DNA of 64,000 nucleotides from Blepharisma stoltei ATCC 30299 (lineage: Eukaryota > Protista > Ciliophora), in the NCBI GenBank assembly GCA_965603825.1, contig CBFDEM010000041.1:372001-436000 (forward strand), in the 5' to 3' direction. The first letter of the stretch is position 1; every line of letters begins with the position of its first letter. Made by a program: the position numbers and the translations under genes. Below are positions 1 through 12,300 of this stretch, in pieces. The notes beneath the pieces were generated by a model, which saw only the letters and a list, made by a program, of their open reading frames with translations, had not been told where the DNA came from and did not search any database.

Positions 1-1391
1 AAGATGGAATAATGCCTGCTATCGAAATCAATTCGAGGCGACAAGAAATAATGAGGATTCTCCCAAGGGTTCATGAAGAAATCAATGAAGAGTGAGTTCA
101 TGATAGATCACGCCACGCTTATGACGGATTAAAGCGCCAAAGGATAAATGCATGCCTGAAGAAAAATCCTGATGGAAGCTATAAAGATATATACTGGCAA
201 GAAGCCTTCGAAATTTTGGCTAGTAAAATCAATGAGGTGTCAGGGGAAGAAATACTAGGAATCATAGGTGAGCACATGGATCTCGAGTCTGTGACTGCAT
301 TCAGAGATCTCTTGTACTCTCTTGGATGTGAAAATATAGAGACAGTTTCAAATACAATTAAAATTAGCCCTGATTTCAGAAGTAATTACTTGATGAACTC
401 GAAAATTACAGGAATTGAAGAATCTGATTTAATCTTAATAGTCGGAGCGAATATGAAAATCGAGTCTCCAGTGCTTAATGCAAGAATTAAAAAAGCTATA
501 AGAGAAAATGATGCTTCAGTAGCTCTTATAGGGACACCTGATTATCTGAGTTATGATTATTTGCACCTTGGAAATTCTCTTGATATTCTTCATGATATCA
601 TTAATAAAAAACACCCTTTTTCGAAAACACTTGAAAAATCAAAATTTCCAATGATAATTGTGAGTTCTTTGCTACTCCAAAGAAATGACGGAGAAGCTAT
701 AAATGCTTTGATTTATGAATTGGCTCAAAAATTCAAAATGATTCAGCCGGAAAATAACTGAAATGGCTATAATGTTCTTCACTTCAATGTAGGCCCGATA
801 TCAACCCTAGAAGTGGGAATTACTACAGATATTGAAACAAAGGTTAAGCCAAAATTTGTGTATTTATTAGGAGCTGACAATTATAATAGGGATAAAATCC
901 CTGATGATGCTTTTGCAGTCTATCAAGGAACCCATGGAGATGAAGGAGCATACAGGGCAAATTTAATTCTTCCTGGCGCTGCTTATACTGAAAAAAATGC
1001 AAGCTATGTAAATACAGATGGAAGAGTTCTTCTGGGAAGAATTTCTTCAACAAAATTTGGCGATTCAAGAGAAGATTGGGAAATCATAAGAGCATTAAGC
1101 GAGTCTTTAGGGAAAGCACTGCCGTATGATACACTGCAAGAAATTAGGTACAGAATTGCAGAGCTTGCCCCACATTTGATTAAGTATGACTATATTGAGC
1201 CTTATAACTTAGGATGGACAACAAAACCAAGAAATGGGAAAATCGATCTGAATTGGGTTAATGATACAGTTGATAACTTTTATATGACTGATAGCATTTC
1301 TAGAGCTTCTCCAACTATGGCCAGATGCTCAGAGTTTTTAAATCCAGAAAAAAATACAAATTTCATACCTGAAATACCTTTAAGAAAATAA
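1..1391 (+). CDS. NDUFS1: NADH:ubiquinone oxidoreductase 75 kDa subunit (complex I), 5'-truncated by window edge
   Basis: One frame (codons from position 3) reads MRILPRVHEEINEE[TGA 93]VHDRSRHAYDGLKRQR...ENN[TGA 759]NGYNVLH...GAYRANLILPGAAYTEK...NFYMTDSISRASPTMARC, ending TAA 1389-1391. Both TGAs lie at conserved Trp sites (INEEW, WNG). Confidence 0.95.
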
Positions 1392-1511
1392 CTGTAAGAT
1401 AAAATATATGATTAATCTAATATTTAATAATTAATGCTTAAAATCTCCTTTTAATGTAGATAAAGTTTAATTTTGTTCAAAATTAATACCCCCTCCTAAA
1501 TAATTAAATTT

Positions 1512-2072
1512 ATGAGTGATATAAAGAAACGGAGTGAAAACAAAAGAGTGTTTGTCGGAAATGTACCCTACTCTCTGAGTAAAGCTGAGCTCCAACTGCA
1601 CATGGAGAGAGCTGGTGAAGTTATCAGGGTTGATTTATTTTTGGATGAAATGAAATATTCAAGAGGATGTGGAATAGTAGAGTATTGTACTTACTCTGAT
1701 GCACAAAGAGCAGTATCAATTTTAAATCATTCGGTACTGATGGGTCGTACTATTACAGTAAAAGAAGATGATACATATGGGAGCAGCAGAAATCGACGCA
1801 GCCCATCTCCAAAACCTCAACCGTGCCAAATTAGAATCAAAAATATGCCTCCTTCAGTAACTTGGCAGCAGTTAAAGGATGTGTGTAGAGAAATCGGAAA
1901 TGTTACAAGAGCTGACCTTTCACTTGATCGAAATGGGAAATCTAAAGGATCTGGGATTGTGACATTTGAAAAGCCAGAAGAAGCAAAGGAAGCATTACGA
2001 TTGCTTAATGGAGCCATTTTCAATGACCGAGAAGTTTTTGTGTATTTGGATTCAGGTGATATTTATAATTAG
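1512..2072 (+). CDS. Two-RRM RNA-binding protein (Gbp2/hnRNP-M-like)
   Basis: RNP2/RNP1 motifs VFVGNV...RGCGIVEY and IRIKNM...KGSGIVTF; ends TAG. Confidence 0.85.
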   Translation: MSDIKKRSENKRVFVGNVPYSLSKAELQLHMERAGEVIRVDLFLDEMKYSRGCGIVEYCTYSDAQRAVSILNHSVLMGRTITVKEDDTYGSSRNRRSPSPKPQPCQIRIKNMPPSVTWQQLKDVCREIGNVTRADLSLDRNGKSKGSGIVTFEKPEEAKEALRLLNGAIFNDREVFVYLDSGDIYN

Positions 2073-2710
2073 AAAATTAATTAGTTTTTATTTAAGAGGT
2101 TTTAAATATAAAATATTCATAAATAGATGAGTAATTAAAACAGCGAATAAAAAACAGTGTATTTTTCATATGTATAAAATTATATTAATCAATTTTGAGA
2201 AAATCTGAAACAAACGCAAAATTTCTTTTTTATAACAACATATTTATGTTTAAATGTCCCTAAAATATAAAACTATTTTAATTTAAAATATAAAACCCAA
2301 AAGAGTTTAATTGAATATTTTGATATAATAGAGCTAGCACTATATAAATGGCAAGTTTTAACTCTAGTTGACTATTATAATGGCAAGCCTGAAGGGTTAA
2401 TAATTCTCCATTTCCCAATGAAAAGTATTAAAATTGTCTATTTTAATGAGGAAATTACAAAAGTTTTGATATATCGGAACAAAGATATTAATATTTTGAA
2501 AATTAATATTTTCTAAAATCTTTTAATAGCCAATTCCCTTTTTATAGTTCTAAAAAAGTTAATATTTAAAACTTTTAATTGAAAATTAAAATACCAGAGG
2601 TTCTGTCAATGCAAAAATAGGCGTAGTTTATAAATATTTCAGCGATTCTAAATTCTTCAAAATTCACGATATTTTATTAATTATTTTTAAAACCCTTTAT
2701 ATAAAATGAT

Positions 2711-3301
2711 TTAATCAAGCTCTGATGCTTTTTTTACCCCACACAACTCATCAACTAGAGAATTATAGTTCACCTCTGGCGGAGCAGGATCAGTGGCTAT
2801 GATTTGGCTTAGCTTTTGATTTATCTCGATCACAGATGGTTCGCAGCTGTCAGTCATCATTACCCAGTAGTGATAGTTCAAGTCAAATGTAGGAATGGAT
2901 ATCCTCAAAAAAGATCTGTAAATGTCTGCATCATCATTGATGAACTGCTTGGCATTGAAGCCTGTAAAGATCAATACGTAGAAAGGGTTATTCAGTCGCT
3001 CCGCTACTGAAGTGCTTTCCAAGAGGAGAATCCAGACTGCAATTTCGATTTCGTTGAATAGCATAATGTCAGCAATCCTATTTACTATGTGATATGGGTC
3101 CCTCACCATTTGTTGAACTTCCGAACTTCAAGAAAGCTCGAGGAGTGCTTGTTGCCTCAGAAGAGAGATGCCTTGCGCAAAGAATTCTTTACGTGCATTG
3201 AGATAGCTAGCTAAATTTTCAATGCCAGGCATTTTCTTACTTATCGCATCTTGAATGCTTTCATGGCAGGGTTCACCAAGAGATATTGATTGATGGCTCA
3301 T
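2711..3301 (-). CDS. Hypothetical protein (196 aa)
   Basis: ATG at 3301 (MSHQSISLGEP...) is in frame with the 2711..3109 ORF through one TGA (LELS-W-SSEV); ends TAA. Confidence 0.7.
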
Positions 3302-4731
3302 TATAAATTTGAATTATTAATTATAACCATGAAATTAATAGAAAATTTCAAACAAGTGAATTGTGATTATTAATAAAATACTTAACAATAAAGGTTTAGT
3401 TAATCTAAGCTGTGTAAGCTTTCGTAAAGGTTGCTTAATAATTGTTATAACCATCAAAAATTTGTGATGAAATGCAAGAAGGTCACTAGTGCTAAGAAAT
3501 GGCTTGGGAGTTTTTAAGTGGCATTTGGTTTCTTTCTTCTTGACGTCATCTATTTTCGGTCCCCAAGCTTTCATTCGTAATTTCTGGGAAGAAAATTTTT
3601 GATACCTGACCATGAGCTGCTGCCTGAAAGGTGCTATATGATGTGGACATTTTTCTGTGGACTTTAGTTATTTAATTAAATTGCAGAGAAAATGAATTAT
3701 AAATAATTTGAAGCTAAGGCTGTCTGGCAAAATAGCTAGCCTTATTGAATCCGTTTTTTAAAGTATTAAAAATATGGCAGCTGGTGATGTTTTAATTAAG
3801 ATTTGCCATAAGATTAGCATTTATAAATCACAAACTATCGCTATAGTAGGTATTGGAGTAGTAATTATGGAGATCAACTTCTTTCCCAAGAACAAATAAA
3901 AAATTAAAGCACGAAAATAATAAAATAATATTACTTAGGCATCAGCTCTTCTCTAGAAGTTTCAATTTTGTGAATATTTTTAACTCAAAAATATATTCCA
4001 CTCAAAGGAGTCAAAGTTAGGTGAAGCATTCAATTCAACCATTCAAAATCATAAAAGATCCTAAATGTATAAATTTTGATTGAGATTTTAATAACAACAT
4101 TTAGAAGGACTAAAAGATACAATAAAACTGCAATAAATAAGCAAGACATAAAGAAAGAAATTGAAGAGCAGCTCTTCACCAGATGATATAAACAAAATGG
4201 AAACGAAATTAAATATAATTAGTCTATTTAATTATTTTTCTTATTTTAGCTTAAATTTGTTTTTTAATAACTTAAAGTGATTTATAATTAGGCTTTGTGT
4301 TGAAATATAAGACTCTTTAATTTCTATAGCACTAATTCGATAATTAAAATAATAAAGTATCTCTTCTTAGCTAGCAATATAGTTTAATGACAATTAGCAT
4401 GCGAATGCTAAATATTCTTATAACCATATCGATTAATACATTGGAAGGACTCTTAAATCTTGACTTATGGAATTAATAGATCGCTATCTATCATACCAGC
4501 TTCAATTATCCTAAAGCTTAGTTGCATTTTATAGCACATAAAAAGAATAACAAATGTCCTAATAACAGTGGTTTGGTAGGATTTTATTTTCGGCTAAAAT
4601 TATAAATTTTTGAATTTAATGGATGCATAGTTGATGGACTTTAAAAATAAAAATTCAGTAATTTAATGATAATCATAGAATGACAATTTTTTGGAATATT
4701 GTTTTAAGTGTTATTTTTATCATTTTTTATG

Positions 4732-5802
4732 CTAGTTTTGTGACACACTTCGCATTCTTTTGAAATCACTCCCCATCATTGTTTTAATCTGGCCCAAAGT
4801 CTTCTTTGCCTCGCCATTCTGCTTGTTAATAATGGTATTGATGATATTTTTATTCCTCAGCATTAGTCTTTTCGAGTCCATTTCTCTATGCTTTATCTGC
4901 TCATTTCTATCCCTTTCAATCCTTTTTAAAAGTGCAGCCAAGGCCAGCTGCTGATTTTGTCTCAACTTTTTTTCTTTAGCTTCAATGTATTTCTTCATAA
5001 TTGCTTCATTTTTTGCGTTTTCCCAAGCTTCAAGCTCATCTGCTTTAAATTTGATTGCTTCAGCTTCTTCATATAACTTTTGCCTCGCCAAGGTCTGCTG
5101 TTTCTTCCTCATTTCTAAAAGCTCTTTTGAGTGTTTAACTTTTTTCTCTGCTTCCTTGATAACTTTAGCTCTGAATTCTTGGTATTCCAATATATGCCTT
5201 TCTTTGAGTTTTTCAAGGGAAAGATAAGCAGTAGCTTCATAATCAGCCATGTATTCATCCCATGCTTTGGAGAATTCTGATAATTGGCTGTTTTGTGCTT
5301 CTTCTATCTCTTGCAATTCTTGTTCTTGTGCTTGCCTAACAGATTGCAATTGTCGAATGGTTTCTTTCTTTTTCAGTTCTTCATATTTTTGAATAGCCTT
5401 TTTGGCTTCTGCGTAGTTTCCTTCTCCTTCACATTTTGCTCGGTATTCTTCTAATAAGCTAAATAGTACTTACTTTAAAAAATCCAAGACTTTGGCGTCT
5501 GCTTGGACAGCTGGTAATTCAGGAGGAGGAATTTTTGGAGTATCAGCCCTCAGCCGTTTTTCCATTTCTGCAAGCATCTTCAAGAACTGGTCAAAAGTGA
5601 CCTTGTTGTCGTTTTCTGGGTCAATTTCTTTGAGGATTGATTGGGCTTCTGCAGGATCTTTTCCAAGATTTTCCATGACTTGTTCCATATCTGATAGGTC
5701 GATTTTCCCAGTTTGGTCTTTATCGAAAATTTCGAAGAGCTGCCTTAAGTTATTTATTTCGTCCTCTGAATAAGGAGTTTCGTTGGATTCTGCAGTATCC
5801 AT
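4732..5802 (-). CDS. EF-hand + long coiled-coil protein, one intron
   Basis: EF loops DKDQTGKID and DPENDNKVT. Removing the 15-nt intron 5459-5473 joins VLDFL-N-LLEEYRAKCEGEGNYAEA to the 4732..5349 ORF (352 codons in total). Confidence 0.88.
5459..5473 (-). other. 15-nt spliceosomal intron GTAAGTACTATTTAG
   Basis: GT..AG, A at position 10; removal deletes an in-frame TAA and joins two ORFs. Confidence 0.9.
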
Positions 5803-5995
5803 TGTTAAATAAATATAATGAACGATTAAATTTCAGTTGACAATGAAAATGAAAAGGGAAACATAAATTGGAAATTTAAGGATGGAATTTTTAGGGAAAC
5901 TAATCAAAAATTAAATAAAAAGATTTACTTAATAATCTCTTTTAAAGAAGAATTAAGTTAAATGCCGGATTATTTTTATATTATTCAAATTATAA

Positions 5996-6553
5996 ATGGA
6001 ATATTACCAAGATAACTTTCTAGCCGATTTCGAGCTTGAAGCCGCTCAAGGAGATTTTTACGAGCGTGAGAGGTGTAATCTATTTCAAGGCAGCTCTGAA
6101 GCTTCATTTTCACTTAATTTACAAGTAGAACCATTATGCATACCTTTAGGTGATCTTCAAGATATTTCTCTTGTTGAGCCGAGCTTGGCTGCTTCAGAAG
6201 AAGCGAGCACAGCAATATCTGAATGCTCTTCAGATGAACACTCAGATTTACTCAAAAATGCCCCAACTTATCAATTCGTTGCTAATCCGTCCTCTAACTG
6301 CAAAATTGGAGGTATCAGCTATGAAGAGCGGCAGAAAAAACTCCAAAAATACAGAGAGAAAAAGGCTAGGAGGAATTGGCGCAAAAAGATTAGCTATGAT
6401 TGCAGAAAAAGGGTAGCAGACAAGCGAATTAGAGTGAAAGGAAGATTTGTTACAAAAGAGCAAGCAATGTCTTTATTAGAAATACAAAGCTTACTTAATT
6501 TAGAAGTTGAGAAACAAGAGTTCACTGATAAGCAAGCTGGAATAAATAATTAA
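5996..6553 (+). CDS. CCT-motif (CONSTANS/CO-like/TOC1) protein
   Basis: ERQKKLQKYREKKARRNWRKKISYDCRKRVADKRIRVKGRFV matches the CCT consensus; acidic N-terminus. Confidence 0.88.
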   Translation: MEYYQDNFLADFELEAAQGDFYERERCNLFQGSSEASFSLNLQVEPLCIPLGDLQDISLVEPSLAASEEASTAISECSSDEHSDLLKNAPTYQFVANPSSNCKIGGISYEERQKKLQKYREKKARRNWRKKISYDCRKRVADKRIRVKGRFVTKEQAMSLLEIQSLLNLEVEKQEFTDKQAGINN

Positions 6554-6806
6554 CTAATTTTCGATAGCGCGGCCATTTAGAATGGAGTATAATATAATTA
6601 AAATTTATACACGGTTAGAGATTGTTCAGCTTCTTTGCATTTTTGAGGTAAAAATAAAATTAATTGCCTAAAAGTATAATTTTAAAAAATATAGTTAAAG
6701 CAAAGATGAAGGAAGGTGCATAATAAGCCAATATATTAATTATATATCATAATATCTGATATGTGTATTGCACAAATTCAGTCGGAATTTTAAAAAATCC
6801 AGACTT

Positions 6807-7343
6807 TTAGGCCTCATTCCTTAAAATTGGCCTAATCTCAATTCTTTTTTCCAGCAAGCCTTCAGATTTCCCCAACGTAACTCTTGGCCTAGTGCAGTTT
6901 TTGAGCGCATTTTTATCAATTTTTATTTTTGCAAAAGGTTTGATCGTCATTGCTAGCGGTGGCTTGGCAAACTCTACTTCTTTTCTCGACACCAGCTTGA
7001 TTTTTTCGTTGGAGGTAAGTATATCAGCTAATTCTTGGATCAAGGAATCCTCCTCTTCATAAGAATCATCGCAATGGTTTTCTTTTATGGGCTGAATATC
7101 TGTATTGAAATCATGAAAAAAAGAGCTTTGCTCCTTAAACAGGGTGTTTTCGTTTTTTAAGCCTTTTATGTTTTCACAGTTGATTAGTGATCGCGTGCTT
7201 TTATTTCTCGAGGAAATTTTATTCAACACTATATTCCTAGCAGAACGATAGGAAGATGAAGCTGTTTCTTGCTGGTCCATTAATAGTGAGCTCCGGTCCT
7301 TTAGTTTTGGTCGAAATGCGTGAGTAGATAGAGATTTGCGCAT
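6807..7343 (-). CDS. Hypothetical basic protein
   Basis: 178-aa ATG..TAA ORF with AT-rich flanks; no motif recognised. Confidence 0.65.
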   Translation of the reverse strand: MRKSLSTHAFRPKLKDRSSLLMDQQETASSSYRSARNIVLNKISSRNKSTRSLINCENIKGLKNENTLFKEQSSFFHDFNTDIQPIKENHCDDSYEEEDSLIQELADILTSNEKIKLVSRKEVEFAKPPLAMTIKPFAKIKIDKNALKNCTRPRVTLGKSEGLLEKRIEIRPILRNEA

Positions 7344-7660
7344 AAGATTTAATCTATATAATATTAAAAAATATTGAAGCTGGCTGGGATATTTTTGATG
7401 AAATTTGGAATAGATAATAGAGATAAGACCACATATTCAATAGTATCCAGGAATTAAAAAAACTACTTAGGAAATTTGAATGAAGCCTTATTTAATTATT
7501 GCTTATTAATATTTCTTTCTCTCACCGAATTTGCCTTATATTCACTTCCTTTTGTAAGAAATCTTACACAGGGCTATAAAGTTTATAAAATTAATCCTTG
7601 AATTTAATTGTCCATAATTGATATTACAATGCGTCTTATATGTATCAATATAAGCTTATG

Positions 7661-8389
7661 TTATCTATCAACTCTCACAGTCTGCGGTTCCTCAATATAT
7701 AATAATTCTTCTACTTGCCTTCTTGGAGAGTCATTTTCGCCTTCAACCTTTACCCGCTTTGCTGGTGGATTAAAGGGCAAAGGAATGGCTCCTGAGATAT
7801 TAGGTCGTAGGCTAATAATATCGCTGCTACTGTCTTTGCACTGCTGATATATCATAAGTAAAATATTTTTCACATTTTTTATTCTTTGGTTTGTCTGTCA
7901 GCACTGCTGGGCTATTAGCTTGTTTTCTTCAGAAAGGGTCTCAACCTTGTTTTTCAGTCTTTTCGCGTGCTCTTCTGACACAATAGTTTGATTATTAAGC
8001 TGAATTAATTGGCCTATTGCAGGGCCCAGCTCAGAATTTGCCAATTTTTGGCACAGCGCGAGGGTCATTCCTTTATCTTTTTTGGTAGTCATTTTTTTTA
8101 AGAGCTCTGGCTTCTCCCTTGCGAAGAAAGGGTGATGAAAAATTTGGTTGGAGTCCTTAACCTTGTGAAAACCATAGTTATTAAGTTGCCTAATAAAGCT
8201 TGAATAATTATTGTGTTTGAAATATTTGGGTAGGACTGATTCTGTAAATGCTGGGATATTTTTGATAGTGAAAGCGAGCCCATCATCAGTCCAAGTGCTT
8301 ACAGATTCAAAGGCGGCGTCGTTTAAAATAGAAAAAAGCTTTTTTAAGAAAGGAGTTGATGATACCTCAGATAAGTCAGCTGATGACAT
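7661..8389 (-). CDS. HSF-type DNA-binding domain transcription factor
   Basis: PFLKKLF...VLPKYFKHNNYSSFIRQLNNYGFHK is the HSF DBD. The frame continues through TGA 7898-7900 into the 7661..7873 ORF (coiled coil, PAKRVK NLS-like). Confidence 0.9.
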
Positions 8390-8473
8390 TATGATTTTTA
8401 TTCAATCTAGAAAAATAAAATGGAAGTGGTTCTAGAATTAAGAGACTTATCATAATAATTTTTTAAGAGCACG

Positions 8474-9796
8474 CTAGTTAGGTTTAGTGTATCTTAAGTG
8501 ATCTTTGATGATCCAGAGATAATCAATTTTTTCTAAAGCTATGGCGGAGTATTGTTCCCAGTAGATGTGAGTTTTATTGAAAACTTTTATCTTCCCGTAG
8601 CCATAGTCTTCACTCATAAATGCTGTCCAAGGCATCCAGAGAGATGGAATTGGGTCGTTGTGACCCTTTTTGTTTCCTGCATTGCCACTAATAATATATA
8701 TTGGAGCATTTGGGTTTTTATGAGTATGAGAATCATCATACTCACTTTTTACTGTTGCGTTTTTATATATAGGAGTATCTCTTTCATAGTTGTGAACATG
8801 CCCTTCGAGAATTAGATCAATGCCATAGTGATTTCATATATCTTCAAACAAGGAATTATAAAGGGCGCTTTCTTCCCAGCATTCCCGACTGAAGACATGC
8901 TCAACGGAACAGTAAAATGCATGATGGGTTGCAACAATAATCCAAGGTCTTATATTTCTCTCATCATTTGCCTTTTCTAAATCCTCCAAAAGTCAATTTG
9001 TTTCAGTTAGTTGAGAGTCTTTAAGATTTTCACTCAAATACACTTCAGTATCCATCATAATTCAATGAGCTGGGCCAAGATTGAAAGAATAGAAGCAGCT
9101 ATTCCCATCATTCGCTTCATTTATTGGCATTTTAAACCTCTCCTTATAGTGAGTGAAATTTGAAGCTAGCTCATGGTTTCCTGGAACTGTCATATAAGCA
9201 AAATTGGCAGCAATAGTCTGTATTTGATTCAAAAATTCGTCTCCATTTCTACCATCCTCTTCGTCCAAATTATAAGCAATATCTCCTAAATGAAGAATCC
9301 CTAAGAAATTTCTAATTTTTGAATGCTGATCCAGTAGTTGTTTCACATAAACTCCATTCGGGCCAGTTCCTCAATCCCCAAAAACAACAAGATCAATTTC
9401 ATTATTTGCGTCTTGATATGGCTTCTCAGAGTCTGGAGTCCTCCCGCTGAATATAAAGTTCTCACTTTTGCCTTTTTCTGTTACTATATAGTATTCATAA
9501 TAGCACTCAGGCCTTAAATCAGTCATAATTGCTGTATGTATGAATTGAAACAGAACCATGATCTCACCCTTATTGAATTTTGTAGTATTCGGAAGGATGG
9601 TTTTTCAATTATCGGAATGCTCGATGCTTGGGCATATTATTGGCCGATAGGTCACATAGGTTGTGGTGTCAATGTTCGTTATCCATGTAACTCTCATTTC
9701 ATTTTCCCTCTCAGTTCACGATAAGTGAATTTGTTCGGGCAGCAATAAACTGTGCCCTGCTTTCAAAATGCAGCTTATTATCACTAAGAATATCAT
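8474..9796 (-). CDS. Secreted purple acid phosphatase (ACP7-like metallophosphoesterase)
   Basis: Signal peptide MIFLVIISCILKAG, then PEQIHLS[W], GD[W]G, GDIAYN, VPGNHE, RPWIIVATHH, GHVHNYER. The frame is continuous with TGA=Trp; TAG at 8474-8476 (441 codons). Confidence 0.93.
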
Positions 9797-9872
9797 TATA
9801 ATTTACCTATTAACATTTTTATTATATTCTTAAAATCATTTACAAGATTAAGGAAATTATTATCGATTAATA

Positions 9873-12200
9873 ATGGAAGCAAAATATGAAAGCATTGAAA
9901 ATACAATTTGCAGTAATAATTTGGATAAAAATACAATCCCAAGCGTGCTAAGTTTAATTTTGCAAGAAAGAAATCGTGCAAATATTTTAAGATCTCTCGA
10001 AAGACTGACTGAAGTAAAGGAGACTGAAATCCATGACCTTTGCATAGAGCATAGCAGAGATCTTCTCTTAGGCGTTGAAACTGCATCAAAATTGTGCGAT
10101 TCCTTTAAAAACGCCCGCGAAGATGTAGGATTTTTACAGAGCGGAGTTCAAGAAGTTGGAAATCTTATCAATGAAGCCTATAAGAAAATTGAAATCCCAA
10201 AAAAGAAGCTGGAAAACTCAGAAAAAGCTTTGAAACACCTCTCCGATATCAGCTATGCAGTTTCTTTACTAAATAAAGCTCAGTCACAAATTGTAAGCAT
10301 GAGACATATATCAGCACTGAGAACCCTAAATAAAGTAAAAGGCTTAAAGCTATTAAAGAAATCCTCAACAGATACCTCAAAAATGATTTTTTCCTTTGTT
10401 CCAAGATTTGAAGAAATGATTGAAAGGCAAATCGAAGAAAGCTTAAGCGAATGACTAGTATCAACCAGAAAAATCGCCGAAGAACTTGGCAAGCAATTAT
10501 TTTTGCAAGCAGAAAACAGGGTTTCTTTTGAAAAAAAGAAGAAAAACAATGAGCCAAAATTTTCTGTAAAACCCCGAGAAACCAATATTTTAAGCATGCA
10601 TACAAGAGAAAGTATAAGGCCTTCAATAAAACCATCTCGAGAGCTGAACTCTTATGAGCTTAGCAAAATGGCAAGTATGAGACAATCTACACGAAACCAA
10701 TTAAAAATTGCTGACCATAAGCAAGATTTCCATTTAATTACAATCAATTTTTCGAGTTTGTGACAATTTGAATCAGTTTTCGACGTTCTTGGCAAGGCAA
10801 AAGAATATAGGGAAAAATTAAAGCACAATAGGAAGACTCAAATTTTGCAGACTACATCATTCTACCAAAACCATATCGAAAAATTCGAAGCTTTGGCTGG
10901 ACAGATAGCAATTGAGAAAGAGCTATATGAGCATGATGATAGATTTAGGTCGGAAGAAGAGCTTCAAGGATTGTGGGTTGAAACTATCTCGCAATTGGAA
11001 AGAGGTTTGCATGAAATTCTGGTGAGCTGCACAAGTGCTTTGGAAGTTCTTCAAGTTAAAAAGGCTATCGTCTTATTTATCCACTCAACTGTAAAATGTG
11101 GCTTCACACATAGATCATATGAACTTTTTCAGTTGCTGAAAGAAAACCATTGAAGATTTTTAGACACTTTATCGAAACAATTTGTAAATGAATCACAGAA
11201 AATCATAGACACAGAGACTTATCAGCCTCTTAGAGCGGACGAATTAGAAGGAGCACAGCTTGAAGCAATTGGGCTGGACCAAGAAGCTGATGAGGGCAAA
11301 TACCCATTCAGTAAAACAGTTCCTGATCTTGGAAACCTACTTAAGAAATTTGTGTGGCATGATTTGGATTATTTAGAGCAAATCACTGAAAGTCCTGGAG
11401 AAGAATTGTTTAAAACTATCGACCAAATGATACACAAAATAAACGAGCAGCTTTTTGAACAAATCAGACACTCAACTGTAATGCAAACAGCAATTTTGGC
11501 AATAAATGCAAATTTTATATATAAAACTTTCAGCCACGTCTATGAATATTTCGAAGATATCACAGGAGCCAGCCGGGATTTTTCAGCAAGAGAAGCATTC
11601 ATGCAGCTGAAAGAAAAATGTGAACATTCAATATTTTTGAAAATCCAAGAGCAGGTTGGGACTTATCTAAAGATGATAGTTGATTTCTTGCCAAGTTCTC
11701 CAAAAAGGCATGGCTGAATTGATGAAATGTTAATGTACATTGACAACACAACAGCATCTTTAGAAAAATTACTGGGAACTCAGCTCAGCTCAACTGCTAT
11801 TCTTGCAAGTTTTCAATATATTTCAACTCAATTTATAGCAATACTCAACAGTCCTACAGTGCAGCAGTTTAACATATATTTGATTGAAGAAATCAACCAG
11901 GATACAAGGATAATTGAAGAATTTATATCAAGGTCTCCAAACTGCTGCAGAATTCCAGGGCTTAATGACTCGCTTATTGAAATAAAAGAACTGATTTTTG
12001 TGTTCGTAAATAATGATTTGGAGTCTCTTAAAGACTCATCATTAAGAGATAAGAAATACTCGAGGCTGCATTTAGAATATTTAATCCCTATTCTTGAAAA
12101 GTTTAAAGAAGTCAAGGGGAAATTGCCAAAGCAGAAAACTGCAGCTAATGTTGCGAAAAAATTAAAAGAAAGCAATAACCGTGGATCAATAACTAATTAG
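9873..12200 (+). CDS. SEC15: Exocyst complex subunit Sec15
   Basis: Five ORF-track pieces share one frame, joined by TGAs at 10452, 10761, 11151 and 11715. Sec15-like motifs HISALRTL, LSE-W-LVSTR, VQQFNIYLIEEINQD, LIEIKELI and KYSRL...ILEK. Confidence 0.82.
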
Positions 12201-12300
12201 CTTATAATCATCACAGCTTACGGTGTCTTAAGTTGCTAGTGCTTAATTATTCTAAATGATTTAATAAAATACCTAGGAATGCCAAAATAATACTCTAAAA

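Noticed and set aside
2348-2515. 55-codon ORF MASLTLVDYYNGKPEG...
   Set aside because: Too short and AT-rich; at most a decayed fragment.
3335-3613. 92-aa minus-strand ORF
   Set aside because: No motif, and it runs into the AT-rich promoter region of the 3301 gene; unsupported.
4162-4411. Short inverted repeats TGAAGAGC-a-GCTCTTCA and TTAGCAT-gcga-ATGCTAA
   Set aside because: Isolated 7-8 bp stems are expected by chance in 64 kb of AT-rich DNA.
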